The notes under the pieces are model-generated. The model saw only the letters and a list, made by a program, of their open reading frames with translations, did no database searches and was not told the origin of the DNA. Shown here in pieces: positions 39,577-52,668 of a DNA stretch of 64,000 bases (position 1 is the first letter of the stretch; every line of letters begins with the position of its first letter). Position numbers and translations under genes: made by a program. This DNA comes from Trichosphaerium sp. ATCC 40318 (taxonomy: Eukaryota; Protista; Tubulinea), in NCBI GenBank assembly GCA_038496445.1, contig JALMLS010000466.1, positions 248,001 to 312,000 of the forward strand, read 5' to 3'.

Positions 39577-41621
39577 ATGCAAGTATCACTATTTGGTTGC
39601 ATAGCCTTAGTGTTGATTGTAGCCCCTCATGCATCAGAAGCCGCTAGAATAATGATCGACGGTGAAAACTACATCCAAGGTGAAGGCGTTCGACGGAAGT
39701 TTAAAGAAGACCGTGGTGCATCAAACAGCGGTTTTGTAGACTACGGTCGCATCCACTCTTATGCTGAATGGAACGTAAACAACCCTGCCGGTAAACGAGT
39801 CACCGCAACAATCACAGTTGTCTACTACAACGGAGACTCAGAAGGTCGCGATGTTACAGCCTCCGCAAACCTTGGCGAATACACTCACCTTTCCCTACCA
39901 CCAACAGGCGGATGGGACAGGAAGCACTAAGTCTCTTTCAAAGTTAAGCTCGAACGAGGAAATGATGTTGTTCGATTGCAAGCAAGCACACAGGCTGGAG
40001 GTCCAGATGTTGATTACTTATTGGTTAACTACAACGGTCCAAATCTTCAACCAACACGCAAACCAACACCTAAACCAACGCCTATACCAACGCCTAAAGC
40101 ATCACAACCAGCGAACACAGGTTGCAACATCTTTGAAGAACGTAACGGTGTCATTTCCATTGAAGCCGAAAACTACTTCAAAAAGTCTCGCTCCTCTACT
40201 TTCCACGTTGGAACACGTCACCCTGCTGAAGGTCTTGGCAAGTGCAGAGATGTTTCTTTCAGAAACTGGAAGCCACTCATTGGTAAAGCCCTCTTCTTTG
40301 GGCCTTTGGCGCAGGACAATGGGTTCAATACAAAGTCCGTTTCAATTAGTGGTTGTTGGTAAACGGCTTATTTAACCGGCTTAGTCATTTGGCTGTTACG
40401 AAAAAAATAAATGACTTAATTGACTTAAATCTTTTCGGCTGAACCAAGTAGCGGAACCAAAAAACGTCTACGAACAAGAACTGCTGATGTTTTTGCTTAT
40501 GGACCATGATAGACTCGCCTGATAAGGTTTCTTGTGCCTATTGTCAAGCACCATTCAGTCGCAACTCCAGCACTGATACACTTCGCAAGCATTTACAAGT
40601 TTGTAAATTGTGCTTAAACGATGGAACAAAAGCCCAGCTGAAACAACTATCGCTTACCTCAATGGGATTCAAAGCAAACCCTACGCTATTGCATGAAGAT
40701 CAAGTGCGCGGACAATTTGTTACTGAGATGGGTTCTACGAAGATCAAAACCATGGCAAGTAACATGTTGCTTCCGCTCTTGATCCTCGGATTCTTTTTTT
40801 TTTTCGAGAACTTTTATTTTCTTTTTTTCTTAGATTGCCAAAGAACTGAAGCAATACAGACGGATGCCTGCACTTGCCTTAAACCAGTGTCCATTAACAT
40901 GGTGGCGTGGCAACCGTTCTTACTTTCTCCTTTCAGCTTTGCCTAGAGTGTACTTAGGAATGCCAGCAAGTTCCGCAACAGTTGAGAGAGTATTTTCTCG
41001 TGATGACAAGCAAACGTACTAGTCTGAGTACAAAATCTCTAGAACTGCAAGTTTGTGTTGCAGTTAATGCTGAGTACTTAGACTACATAAACTACAAATA
41101 AATTTCCAAACACGTGTTTTATTGTAACAATTTGGAGCCGGTTAGCCAGTTAAATAGAGTTGTTTTTGTTTGAAAAGTCATTTAGAGCTGAGCCGTTAAC
41201 TTTCAACCACTAGTTTCAATAGCCCTGGAAAGTACTATTTTACTCAACTTGGTCACTCGCCAGGTTACAATGCAGACAATCTGCTTGTCTTCTTTGGACG
41301 CGATGCTGGAAGGACTGTACAGAACGTAACGGGTGCAAAACGCCTACGGACGACAACATCAACAAGGGAAAACTCAGAGATTACGAGATGATGGTACCAC
41401 ACAACAGAAGCGGTCAAGATCTCAGGTGGCGTTCTCAAGTCCAAGATTACTCAAACTCTGGTCACGACAGAATACCAAATGACTGTGAGTGGTATGGTGG
41501 TACTACTTCCATTATGGCTCGACCAACGTGGACAATCACTAGACCAGGAGAGTATATTTTTACACTCTTGAAAGCCGAAGACCCACAAAACAGAACACGA
41601 CGGATGTCAAATGACCCTTGA
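39577..41621 (+). pseudogene. Intronless secreted carbohydrate-binding protein (CBM35/CBM6-like + PT linker + IEAE jelly-roll module), disrupted by a stop, frameshift(s) and a hAT insertion
   Basis: Signal peptide; SNSGFVDY, LPPTGGWD, GPDVDYL (CBM35-like). TAA at 39928-39930 is in frame with ORF 39976. FEERNGVISIEAENY follows. VQYKVRF|NSPGKYYF is rejoined across the insertion in a shifted frame. Confidence 0.75.
40347..41212 (+). mobile_element. Non-autonomous, internally deleted hAT DNA transposon (866 bp)
   Basis: 8-bp TSD GTTTCAAT at 40339-40346 and 41213-41220. TIRs TAGTGGTTGttgGTaAACGGCT vs TAGTGGTTGaaaGTtAACGGCT (18/22 identical). BED finger CAYC...LRKHLQVC. hATC remnant PLTWWRGN...YLGMPASSATVERVFS. 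Confidence 0.95.
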
Positions 41622-41948
41622 TAAAATGGTATTTTCAAAGAATCCTGCCTACCCACAGCAGGAGGATTTAGCGTAGCATAAAAGTTACAGCCAGCATCGC
41701 AACACATTTGGAGTGCTTGGTTAGCTGTTGAAGTGCTAAAAATACGATAGACAATCACGTGGATGTGTATTAACCAAAAGCAAATATTTATCTAAGGATG
41801 CTTTTTTGCATGATTAGATCAACACATGCCTTGTTACATTCTTCTACAATTGGCAATTACGCCATGAACGTACGAATGTGTTCGACAAAAATGGTATGCA
41901 CAGTCACCTCTTTTCTCTGAAATCAGTTGAACGGGTGCCTTTTCAGCA

Positions 41949-43890
41949 ATGTATGGTAAACAGCCAGAAGGCTTAAAAAGTACAAATTATACATTATACA
42001 AGCGTAGATGGTACATATTACTCGTATTTTCCCTACTAGCGTACTCTCAAGGCTTAATATGGTTGACGTTCTCTCCTATAGCGGTACGTAACAAGAACAT
42101 ACTAACACAGGCGTCTTATAAGTCGTAGGTATCAGCGCAATCATTTTTTGACACTGACGCTAGCGTTATTAATCTTTGGCTCTCTTGGGGTTGTATTGCG
42201 TATATACCAAGTTTGTTTGTATTTTTTAGAGCCATAAAGACAGAGGTAATCTTGTGTGATTTTTAATGAGTTTTCTGGTTGACAACTCAAATTCTGATCA
42301 AAAAAAATTACATTGAAACGTCTTTGCTGACGATTGTAGAATGGACTTAGTAATGTCACACTTGCTGGAGCTTTCCTATGTTTTGTAGGTAATATAATAC
42401 AACGCACTTACCGTTAAAACTAATACAACACAGCTGCAGCACTTCGATGCTTTACAATAAACAGCCCGAAAGTAAGTGATATTAATATTTCTTATCAATT
42501 GTCAGTTCTTGTTTAGAACCCATGGAGTTTATCAATTATTCATATGGCACAATTCATAAATGCCGTTGTTGGACCTATAGTCATGGCGTCACCTTCATAC
42601 TTGTCAGGTACTTTCGATTCCATTGTTTTGTTCTAACTTGGTTTTAGTCACGTGGTTCCCAGAAAACGAAAGAGCAACAGCTACTGCGATAGCATCTACT
42701 AGTGGTATTTTAGGGTCTTCTGCTGGTAAGTACTTTAATAGTTTTTATTACTACCAATCACCCCTTTGTAGCGTTTTTAGGTGGACCTCTAATTGTAGAA
42801 CAATTTGGAGTAGCTTCGTATATCAAAATACAGGCTATTCAATCAGCACTAATCTTGATTCCTGTTCTACTTTACTTCCCACAAAGTCCTCCATCGCCTC
42901 CTTCGGCTTCTGGAGCTTTTGAGAGTTCATTAAAAGAAGAAAAACACTCAGGAGGTAAGGTTGCTAATAATACAAAGTACGTTAAGTCTATGTAAGGTAC
43001 AGCGCCTTCGTACTACTGGGTGGAACTAAAAAACATATTCAAAGATGTCAACTTTATGGTGTTTGCTTGTGCTACTGGATGCCAGTTAGGAATATTTCAG
43101 GCATGGTCTGGTATGTAGTTAAATTTAGGCAAAATACAAGCGTGTTAACAGACCATCAGGTATGTTCGCTATCATCATTTCTGGACCACAATACACAGAA
43201 ACATTTGTTGGTCTTCTCGGTTTTGGAGCATCAACTTCAGGCATTGTATACTTGCTGAGATAACACTGTTAACGCTCAATATAGGTATTGTATCTGGTAT
43301 TCTTCTTGCGTATCTGGCAGATCACTACTTTCAAAGAAAGTTCAAGGTTGTTACATTAACTCTTTTGTTTGTAAGCTGTGCCATTCTTGGTGTTTTTTCA
43401 TTGTGTTTTCCTACTCCATTGTCTTCTGAACCTTATTTCATCGTGAGCAAGTGGTTTCTAGTGGTTATAGTACGTATACAGCATAATTTATACTCTAACA
43501 TTACCCAAGGTAACTGCTGGAGGCGCTTTGATTGGAGCTGTAAACCCTCTTTTCTATGAGCTAGCAATTGAAATAACCTTTCCAGTGGTATGTTTTTGTT
43601 TCCGTGTTTTTGAGTAAATCTCTGACCCTGAGCAGAACGGAGGAATGGTTGTTGGTATAATAACTGCATGGACAAACATATCTTGTTTGATTGTACTCAT
43701 AGCTGGGTCATACATACCCACGCAATGGTTAAACAGTAAGAGAAATCAATGTAATTATTACATTAACTGGTTTTTTTTTCTAGTTGGATCAACTGCCTTG
43801 ATTGCTCTGTGTGCTATTGCTCTTATTTTCGTAAAAGATTCTTACAAGAGATCTGATTTTGAGCATAAGGAATCCCAACATTTGCAATAA
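41949..43890 (+). CDS. MFS transporter, SLC49 (FLVCR/DIRC2)-like; multi-exon
   Basis: YKRRWYILLVFSLL...WLTFSPIA; WFPENERATATAIAS; PQSPPSPPS; PLFYELAIEITFP; multiple TM segments. Confidence 0.85.
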
Positions 43891-44912
43891 ATATTATTTC
43901 AAGCAATGGGAGCACTGTTTATTTTCGCATCTACAACAATGTACAGGCAAGTGAGTACAGCGAAGTTTTTGCGTTTGATTCCAGTTGCTGCCTTTCATGC
44001 TAGCCTACAAAACAGTAATACCGTTGGACTGCCGTTTCACTTAGCTGAAATACACGTGGCTTAGAATGTACTTATTTTATTTTGTTTCATAACAGATGAA
44101 GGTATCAACGCTTGCAGTACATACATTTGAGTTAGAACGAAAGCTAGCAGTCGTAATAACTAATCAACGTCCAGTTTTTACCCACATGTGGTAAAATGGA
44201 TCGCCAAATACACGAAGAAGAAGGTGGAAAGCGTTACGCCCAAACTATCACAGCTATCCTTTTCACACGGCTGAGTTTAATAAAGATAACTCGTCACTTG
44301 AAAGAGGTTCGAAGAAGTGGTTCTTAATCTAACGGAAATCTTTCGGACCTACGAGAAATGCAGGGCAAAGCTTTCGCGATATCCTTATCACGTTTATCCT
44401 CGAGAGCTGAACCCAGATTTCTTAACCACTTAGTTTTAGTCTTGAGGCAACGCCTAAACATTTACGAGGTAAGAAGACATGACGATCGTTGTAAGAAAAA
44501 TCGCGCGGTCATTCTAAACTAAGAAAAACTTACCTACTATTTATTCGGGATACGCTGTGATAAATACAGATAATGATTAATTTAAATGGTTTGTGGATTG
44601 TTGTTGACCCCGTTCTTATTGTTCTCAACCAGGTATTTTGTAAGGTTTCGCATTTCACCCCACGTGTAGACCGCGTGATTCATAAGAACTAACAATACGT
44701 TTAAGTGAGCTTTTACCATCTAAAGCTTATTCGAATGCACTTTTCTCTAGATTTCTTCGCACTTGCTTGCGACGCACAAAACACCGCCAAGTTCAACAAC
44801 AGACATCTCATCCATTGCACCCGTTTTGTCTTATCGATTTCACTCATCACAACAAAATTGTTTTATTTTCGTAACAGTGTACAACCTTTTGCTCTAAAAG
44901 CACAAGAAATAT

Positions 44913-46245
44913 TTACTTTTTGCTCTCATGAGTCCTTGGCTTCTTTACAGGATGATCTGGTGCTAAACAGGAAGTTGCTTTCCTCTTGTTCCCGTCTTCG
45001 ACAACTGTATGTTCGGTTGATTTTTCTAATTCCGTTTTCAACAAACGAATTTCAGCTTTTAGGCGCTGATTCTCCGCTTTATATTGTTGAAGCGAACTTT
45101 CTGCTCTCTCAGCTTTAATTTTTGTGGTGTTGTACTTTGCGTCGAATTCTAGACGTTTCATTTTTTGCGCAGAAGCCAGCTTGAGTTGGACAGGTGCCTT
45201 TTCGTTGTACTCGTCAACGCACGAGTTTAAGATTCCTAAAATAGAAAGTAAGCACGTGTTTCAAAACGTCTACGAAAAAAAGTTTGCGTACCGTCGGTGC
45301 CCCGCCTTAATTTGTAACTAGGTTGGAACTTTAGAAGTTCCAGGACGCGTAGAACATTTGCTACTCCTTCCTCAAGGTAAGTTGAGTATCTGAAAGTATA
45401 GGATATTTTTCTTGACGGTCTGGAGAAGTTCTTAGATAGCACTTCCCATGAATCATTGATTCTTCGAATCAAGCTTAGTAATGGCTCGCTCTGGCCAGAG
45501 GTAAGGCTGGATACATAGCGAAAGGATACAATATTACTGTGGAGGAACTCACACCAGTACTTGATCAACGCCGGATAATTAACGTCGCCCTTCCAGGCAA
45601 CGTTTCCTAGCCCGCGCAACTTCACTTCCCCTAACCTCTCGCATAGCTCATCTACAGCACAACGAAAGTGGGCCCTCTTTAAAACATCACCATTGCGTGG
45701 GCTAGTGAAGGTAGTCAGTATTTACATTTTGTAGGAAGAGTAATCAATCAAAGAAAAAAAAACGTACATCAAGGGTTTCGCTGTGCATGCGTTTTTTTCT
45801 ACGCAAAGTTCGTTAATACAATGTGGATAATACGAAGGGTAGGACGAATGAACGTACTTCGCAGAGCATTTTGCCTTTGTATGGCTTGTATTTGCCGCCT
45901 CCCTTCGCCAGTATGTATTGGGTTGAGGCCACTAGCACCTCTAAATCGAAATTAGTCTGCAACACGTTTGATGTTTTAAAACAGTTTTTCGTCTAACGTA
46001 CCTTGAGTAATAGGGTCTCCTAGCCCGTTCGTCTGGGGTGTTTGCATCCACTAGGATTTGTGGAGTGGGTGTTTCGGTAACTAAAAAGCTGTTAGCGAGT
46101 TATCACTGAGCTATCAATAGCCGTACACGAGCCACCGGTAGCACTTGGTTTAGCTAGGGATAAATGTTAGGTAGGCTTTATACACGTGTGTATACGTACT
46201 GGTTGAATTATGACTATCATTTTGTTGAGCTGGTTTCTTCTCCAT
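44913..46245 (-). CDS. Hypothetical protein with C-terminal coiled coil and basic tail; multi-exon
   Basis: Spliceable exons from MEKKPAQQ through ORF 45236-45625 to the heptad-like ESSLQQYKAENQRLKAEIRLLKTELEK. No family recognised. Confidence 0.5.
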
Positions 46246-47015
46246 TCTATTGTGCTTTTTACGTAGTTTGGATTTCGTTTTGTGATTTTTAGAAGTTGAC
46301 GAGGGTTGACAGTTTATACACTTCGAAAATTTACAAGTTCGAGTTATACATGAAGTCAACAACAGTCTCATTACAGGCATTATAGAGAATAAACAGTAGT
46401 CCTTTGTATATGCATCCCTACGCATTAATTTGATGTAACAATTGGCTTTCGCGCCTTTATATTCTTTTTTATGTACTTCCTGCAAATTGCAAGCCAAGTA
46501 GGGCTTTGAGTATTTTTGGACCGCCTTTACGCTCTATAGTGAATATCAGTGATATTATAGAATGTATGGACCACAGCGGCGTCTGTTTTCACGAACTGAG
46601 AATTTTGTTTTTCAATCACTTTTCTCTTGATTGAAGATTTAGCTTCAATCTGGTACTTGTCAGTTTAAGACCGTACAACTAAGTGGTTTTATCAACTCAT
46701 TTCTTCATTAGGATCACAATACTGTTAAAAACATGGAGGATCCCATTGCCAAAAAAAAAATAATCACGTGGTAGTGTAAAATTCAGTAAATCTCAGTTTT
46801 TTCGCAGTTGCTTGTTACAAACCAGTCTCGTAGTACATAAAGCGTGATTGGATACCTGGCCAATTGGTATTGAAATAATGGTGACACAGGATAAGGGAAG
46901 ATATAGGCAATGTACGAAAGTCTAGGTTCAGGTATTTCTGAACATGAAATGATTTCTTTTAGAGGATATACATTAAACCAAAAGCTGATATACAGAAAAA
47001 TTCGACAATAGATAA

Positions 47016-48845
47016 CTATGTCATATATTTCTTACGCCATACAGGGTCTACACTTTTACCCTTGCGCTCAGCTTGTTTTTCCTTTGGTACATTTTCCCAC
47101 ATCTCAGGATAGACATTATCCATAAACCACTCGAAAGACTTACATTCTAAGTCTTCTCTAAGCTGTTTTCTTTCCGAAAGATCTCCCATATCAATACCTT
47201 TCGCGTATGGATGAAGCTTGTAAAAGTATTCTTTGTACTCATCCAACCAAACCTCAGCTAAACGACCCTTGTTTCTTAAAACAGTTGTACTGTGCCCGAG
47301 TTTTCCCCAAGTGTAAGGGAACCAACCTAATAACAACATGAGAGGAAAATATGGGAAAATAGAAATATAAGAAAAAAGTTTTGGTGCGGACCTGTACGGA
47401 ACACATGTCCAACATGAGAACAAGGTACAATCTTCATGGATCCTAAATAAATACTGTTACATACTACATATCGAAAATATTGAACGATACCTCCACATGC
47501 CCAAGCACGAATAGATACTTCAACATTTTCACCACCCCAAATTAACCTTTTGTTGACAGTTAATTTAAACAGTTTCTCAAAAGTAAGAGGTACGTACATT
47601 CCCGGATCATATTGACCTAGAACTTTCCACCATTTAGCCTGAACAGCAAAGAGTCCACCAGACATGCAAGGTAAGTTGATATGAGAATTTTTTGGCTTTG
47701 CTTTATCTTAAAACAAACAAGTTAGCTACCACTCCAGTAAAAGTCGACTTTAAGCGTACCAGAAGCTGTGTATCCAATCCATTTGAAGTTGAGATTAAAA
47801 TTGAAACCTCCACGAGCTTCAGCAGAACGTTTATAAACATAATCGTTGTCCATAATAACATCAACAACAGGTACAGCAATAAGTCGGGGTTCATCTTTCA
47901 CAGCCTGTTTTAAAAACAATTAACAAACGTAATCTACGTTATACGTACTTGTAAAAGAGGTTCGAGCCATCCATCGTTGGCCTCGCAGTGAGACTCTAAA
48001 AATACAAGAACAGAACCACGTGCAGCTTCGGCTCCTATTAAGCACTATTAATACATCATAACGCTTGCACCGCACGTACCTGTGATTTTTGAGCGAATAA
48101 GACCTTCACGCTTTGCATTATGCACAACACGCACTTTAGGATGAATCTATACAGCATTTAATCGAATATCAAAAGCAGGAAAAATTTTCTTCAAAAAAAA
48201 ATAAAGAACAAAAAAAATTTCAGTCTCAATAAATGTGCTCTGAGTACCTTCACGAGCGTGTCAAGATTCTGAGGATCGAGGTCATCAACTACAATGATCT
48301 CTTCAAGCAAGTGATCAGGTGTACGGTACAATAGAGACTTGATAGTGCGAACCTATACAGCAGTTAGTTTCACGTATATTCTTTTTGTAACAAGGCTAGC
48401 GTACAATTATCGTTTTTGATTCGTTGTGGAACGGAATGATTATTGACGCTCTAGGGAGCGTGTCATCATAAACTATAGGCTTACATAATCCCGGTCTCGT
48501 GTCAGGTACATCTACATGTTATAAATACGTGTTTTCTAACGCCTGCGAACCTCTAACTTTGAATTTGTTGTGATTATTAAACGCTGCGGTATCTACAACA
48601 AGCGTATTTCCTACATAGTACGTGAGATTACACCAATAAAACGCGTGTACCCCCATCAGAAGTATGTTTGGCGAGGTTGTCAACTTGGCGTTGTAAAGAA
48701 GCAATTACAGAGTGTGAGTAGTTTAGTATTAAAAATATCGCCACCATTTGAACTGTTTGACATTGTTAAACGTGTTCAAAATAAAAACCACGTTGATAGT
48801 ACCTAACACCAAAACATACAACTTATTATTGCATATCAACGCCAT
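47016..48845 (-). CDS. Polypeptide N-acetylgalactosaminyltransferase-like (GT27), type II membrane, lacking the ricin lectin domain
   Basis: N-terminal TM; VPDTR; [10 protein letters not shown]; EIIVVDD; REGLIRSK; VFLESHCE...WLEPLL; MSGGLFAV; [17 protein letters not shown]; [10 protein letters not shown]; [10 protein letters not shown]; [13 protein letters not shown]; stop about 25 residues later. Confidence 0.9.
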
Positions 48846-49102
48846 TGTGCGGCTTTGTGGTTGCCTACCAACAATTATTACATTTATTGTTATTATTCAT
48901 TATGTACTTCTTCATGATGCCTCTATAGATGCACCAGTGGTAGCTATTGATTCTAGACTGCTTCTAATGAGATCGTGTAACAAAAACGGGCTTATCTATG
49001 CGACTTTCTAGCGGAAAAGACCGTAGCAGACTACCTCCGCGTTGTTCAATTGCTTACTACTTACTGCTAGTAGTACCTTGCATATCAGTCTTATCTTAGC
49101 AC

Positions 49103-50712
49103 ATGTCATCACAGGAAGAATCATCGGTGCGTAGTTTGCGAAGCAATTTCTTCCAGCAGCCTGAGATTGCGAACAAGTAGCTCATTTTTTAACTAGGAGG
49201 AGGTCGTTGCACTAGACTCCACTAAACAGGTACTACTTCCGGGCTATACCCACAACTTACCCGCATAGGAACAAGAATCGTACGTGGGTTATTCCGAGCA
49301 GCTCCAGACGCACAAAGATTCACAATATTAACTCGCAATCGTATAAAACATTATTTTATTGACCCCCAAATGCAGGGAAGAACCTGAAGAAAGCACCTCA
49401 GAGGAACAAGAAGAAACTGAGAGCGTAGAAGAGAGCGAAGAGGAAGATGAAGAAGACGGTATGAAACAACTAAAATACGCGTTTATAGCGTCATCTAATC
49501 GGTATTTCTGCAGAATCTACTGAAGTAGACGTAGAAGCAGAAGCAAATGTTGAAATCAACACATCTTCTCGCAGGCACAGAAAAGACAAAGAGCACAGGT
49601 AAAAAACAACAAAACGAAACCATAAAAAGTGTAGTAATAACATTGTATTTAGACATAAACATAAGGACAAAGATAAGAAGCATAAGGACAAGAAGCACAA
49701 GAGCAAGCACAAGGTATGTCAACTTGTTCATTCAACAAAAAAAAGTGTTTTCTAAACATGGTTTTTCAGAAAGAGAAAATTGATGCCGGTCATGACGATG
49801 ATGAAAAGAAAGCCGTCGAAGTATTTTGGGTTGACTACAATGAACCTAAGAGAAAGCTCTCTCCAGATACTGGTACGCAAGCTATGTCTTAACAAGAACT
49901 TGACAAAATGACTTTCGTTGTTGTCAAGTTTATTGCAATTAAATGTTACTTGTTTTAAAAATAACTTTTAAAATAGATCCAAAGAAATTCAAGAAAGTTG
50001 GCCGCTATGTGTGCTATGTTGAGAACTTTAACTGCAAGAAATGCTCAGCAGACTTTTCTGAAGTTCCTTACTTTACTCTACCTGCCGATTCTAATGGAGA
50101 GTCTCTTCACCCTAAACAAGGTATGAAACAGTTTTGGGGCATGGGGGATATAAAGGGGTAGTGTCAGTCACTTATTGTACTCACATTAATGGTTCTTCTA
50201 AGGTGGTGGTTTGTATTGCGAGGACTGCATTAAAAAAATGTGGAAGTCTGTCATTGATGAGCCTTTCCCTGATCAACCTAAACCCGAGTTTGAGATGGTA
50301 TGCACTTTTCTTTTTTTGATTATTTCTGTTTCTGGTGATAGCTAATAAATGGTTTTTTTAGACTCGTGGTCCTCAAACCACCAAGTACGCTAACTTGGAG
50401 CGTAAGATTGAGAAAGTAAACGCTCAAATTGAGAAGCACGAAGCTGCTATCAAAGAAAAGAAAGAAGCGCTCAAAAAACTTCATGCTACACGTGAAGAAA
50501 TGCGTGAGGACTATGCTAAGGAGCTTGAAGCTGATCCAGGTAACGTTCTATACTCAGTAGATGTTAATACTTAACTGGTATCTTTAGAAAAAGCTGCTCA
50601 AGTTCAAGATTTTGCTCGTAAGTCTTTTGAAGAGAGCAGACGTTCTCTCGATGCTACACGTATCAAGAAGCGTGATAAAAAAGCAAAGGCTGCTGCTAAA
50701 GCAAACAACTAA
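49103..50712 (+). CDS. Hypothetical nuclear protein: acidic N-terminus, His/Lys-rich tract, C2C2 zinc-finger-like motif, coiled coil
   Basis: E-rich exons; HKHKDKDKKHKDKKHKSKHK; CKKC...YCEDC; coiled-coil C-terminus ending TAA at 50712. Confidence 0.55.
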
Positions 50713-50978
50713 TTTATTGTGAATAAATTCATGCTTACTCTACTTTAAACAACGCTGTAGTTCTGTCAAGCTTGATTGTTATTTAACAAATGGTGTTCTG
50801 CCACATTACAGTAATTTAACCCTTACGCTACATTGTAAGGATGCTCAGTAGATATGTTATTGCGAAAACGGAGTTGCTTGACTTGTGATGTATTTTGTTA
50901 ACAAGTTTTTTCTCATTTTTTGTTATTTCTCTGAAACTATTGTTTTACGCTTTTTACATCTAAGCCACAGCTCGTAAA

Positions 50979-52516
50979 ATGCCACCAAAAAGTAGAAAAG
51001 CAGCTAGGAGAGCTAATGGTAATATGAGTAGACAACATAAACGGCAACAACGTAAACAAAAAGCACAGTTCTCTAAACGACAGGAAAAGGCTCAATATGG
51101 GGTATTTTAGTAAAATTGGGCGTTATTGGTTTAATTATGGCATAGGGCAGCGAATGGAAGAGTGAATGGGACAGATTTCTCGCACAGCTTAAAATACATG
51201 ATCTGGGGATAAAAGATGTTGCAGGTGATGGAAATTGTTTATTTCGGTAACGTCCTTTCCATATTATCATAATATTGCACTCACACATCTCTAGGGCAAT
51301 TGCCGATCAGATAGAAGGCAGACCAGGTAAGCATGGCACCTACAGAGCCCAAATCGTTGACTTTCTTGCTCAAAACAGAAATGGTACATAAAAAACAATC
51401 TTGCAAACAATCAGTCTCTAATTTACGATAAGACTATGAGCCGTTTATAGAAGATGATGGATCTTTCGATGGATACATTCAACGGATGAGAAAAAATGGC
51501 ACATGGGGAGGAAATATGGAAATAGTTGCTTCAAGTCTAAGATACAATGTTAACGTTTGTGTACATCAAGTTGATCAGCCACGGCATGCTTTGGTTTAGT
51601 GCAAGTTATGAGCTAATTGATTTGTTAGGTGGGAGATAATAAATTTTGGTGAGGGATCACGTACTATACATATATCATATCACTGGGGAGACCATTACTC
51701 AAGTGTTAGACGATTAGATAATTTAAAGTACTTTCATTTTTCTTTCAAAAAAAAGACACGTGCTCATATCTTTTAGTGGCAACCCTAAACCGATTATGCT
51801 ACAGTCACGACCAGCTAAAAAATCTAATAAATCTAATGTGAAATCACCTACGAATGAAGAAAATATGCTAATGGATGCAAGTGGTCATAGAAATCTTGAA
51901 TTTATTCGTGCTGTTATGGAACAAAACTATTTCGATGTTGAGGCATCTGTTGAGTTTTTACTGCTTATAGACCCTTCAGGTATGATAAAACATTTGCTTT
52001 TATATTTCTCATTCCTCTTTAAGACAAAGCGTTCGTTACTGAGTTCATCAGTGAGCATAAATTCACAACTGGTGGTTACGAGAATGAGTGGAAAAAATAT
52101 GAAAACAAACAGAATTACAACTACAACGACACTCATGAGAAGAAAGAGCATATAGAGCATGAAGTAGAACAAAATAATACATATAAACGCCAAACTGTAA
52201 AGCAACAAAAACGTAATAGACAAAGAGGTAGACAAGGAGGAAAGCGTGGAGGTAAAAACAAAAAAAAAAGAACTTTTACCATTTTTTTTTTCTGACTATC
52301 TGACTCTGTCCTTCTTTAGGTAAATCGAATGCGAATAACTTTAATAACTCTGGACCGGTTTCAAAAATACCTAAACACGAGAGTAATAAACAACGAAAGT
52401 TGAGGTTACGTCGAGAAAAACAAGAAGCTGCCGCTTTTGTACCTCCAAAAGAAAGACAACCACAGAATGATAGCACTAACGATGTTACTGAAGAGCTTGG
52501 GTCTTTGCAAATATGA
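50979..52516 (+). CDS. OTU-family deubiquitinase, OTUD3-like (OTU + CUE/UBA-like domain)
   Basis: VAGDGNCLFR|AIADQ, YEPFIEDD, GTWGGNMEI, ISYHWGDHYSSVR; CUE-like FIRAVMEQNYFDVEASVEFLL. Confidence 0.9.
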
Positions 52517-52668
52517 CCGTTCCCACAATCGGCTCATTGTTGTGATCTCATCATTAACAGAATTGCTGAAAACTTCGCGTTAAGGCACTTTATTCTTCCA
52601 TTTTCCCACTGTAGACTAAATTAAACACACAACCTTTAAACGTTCTATTTATTGTTCAAGGACATGTT

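Noticed and set aside
39928-39930. In-frame TAA as evidence of stop-codon reassignment or readthrough
   Set aside because: TAA terminates many other genes here, and this gene also has a frameshift and a transposon insertion, so pseudogenisation is the simpler explanation.
44190-44435. Short coding-like stretch in the spacer after the MFS gene
   Set aside because: Frames are short and interrupted, with no recognisable motif or consistent splice pattern.
49491-49731. Hydrophobic minus-strand ORFs that look like membrane proteins (also 12823-13065, 51927-52235, 55063-55659)
   Set aside because: They are antisense to K/E/H-rich coding sequence on the plus strand.
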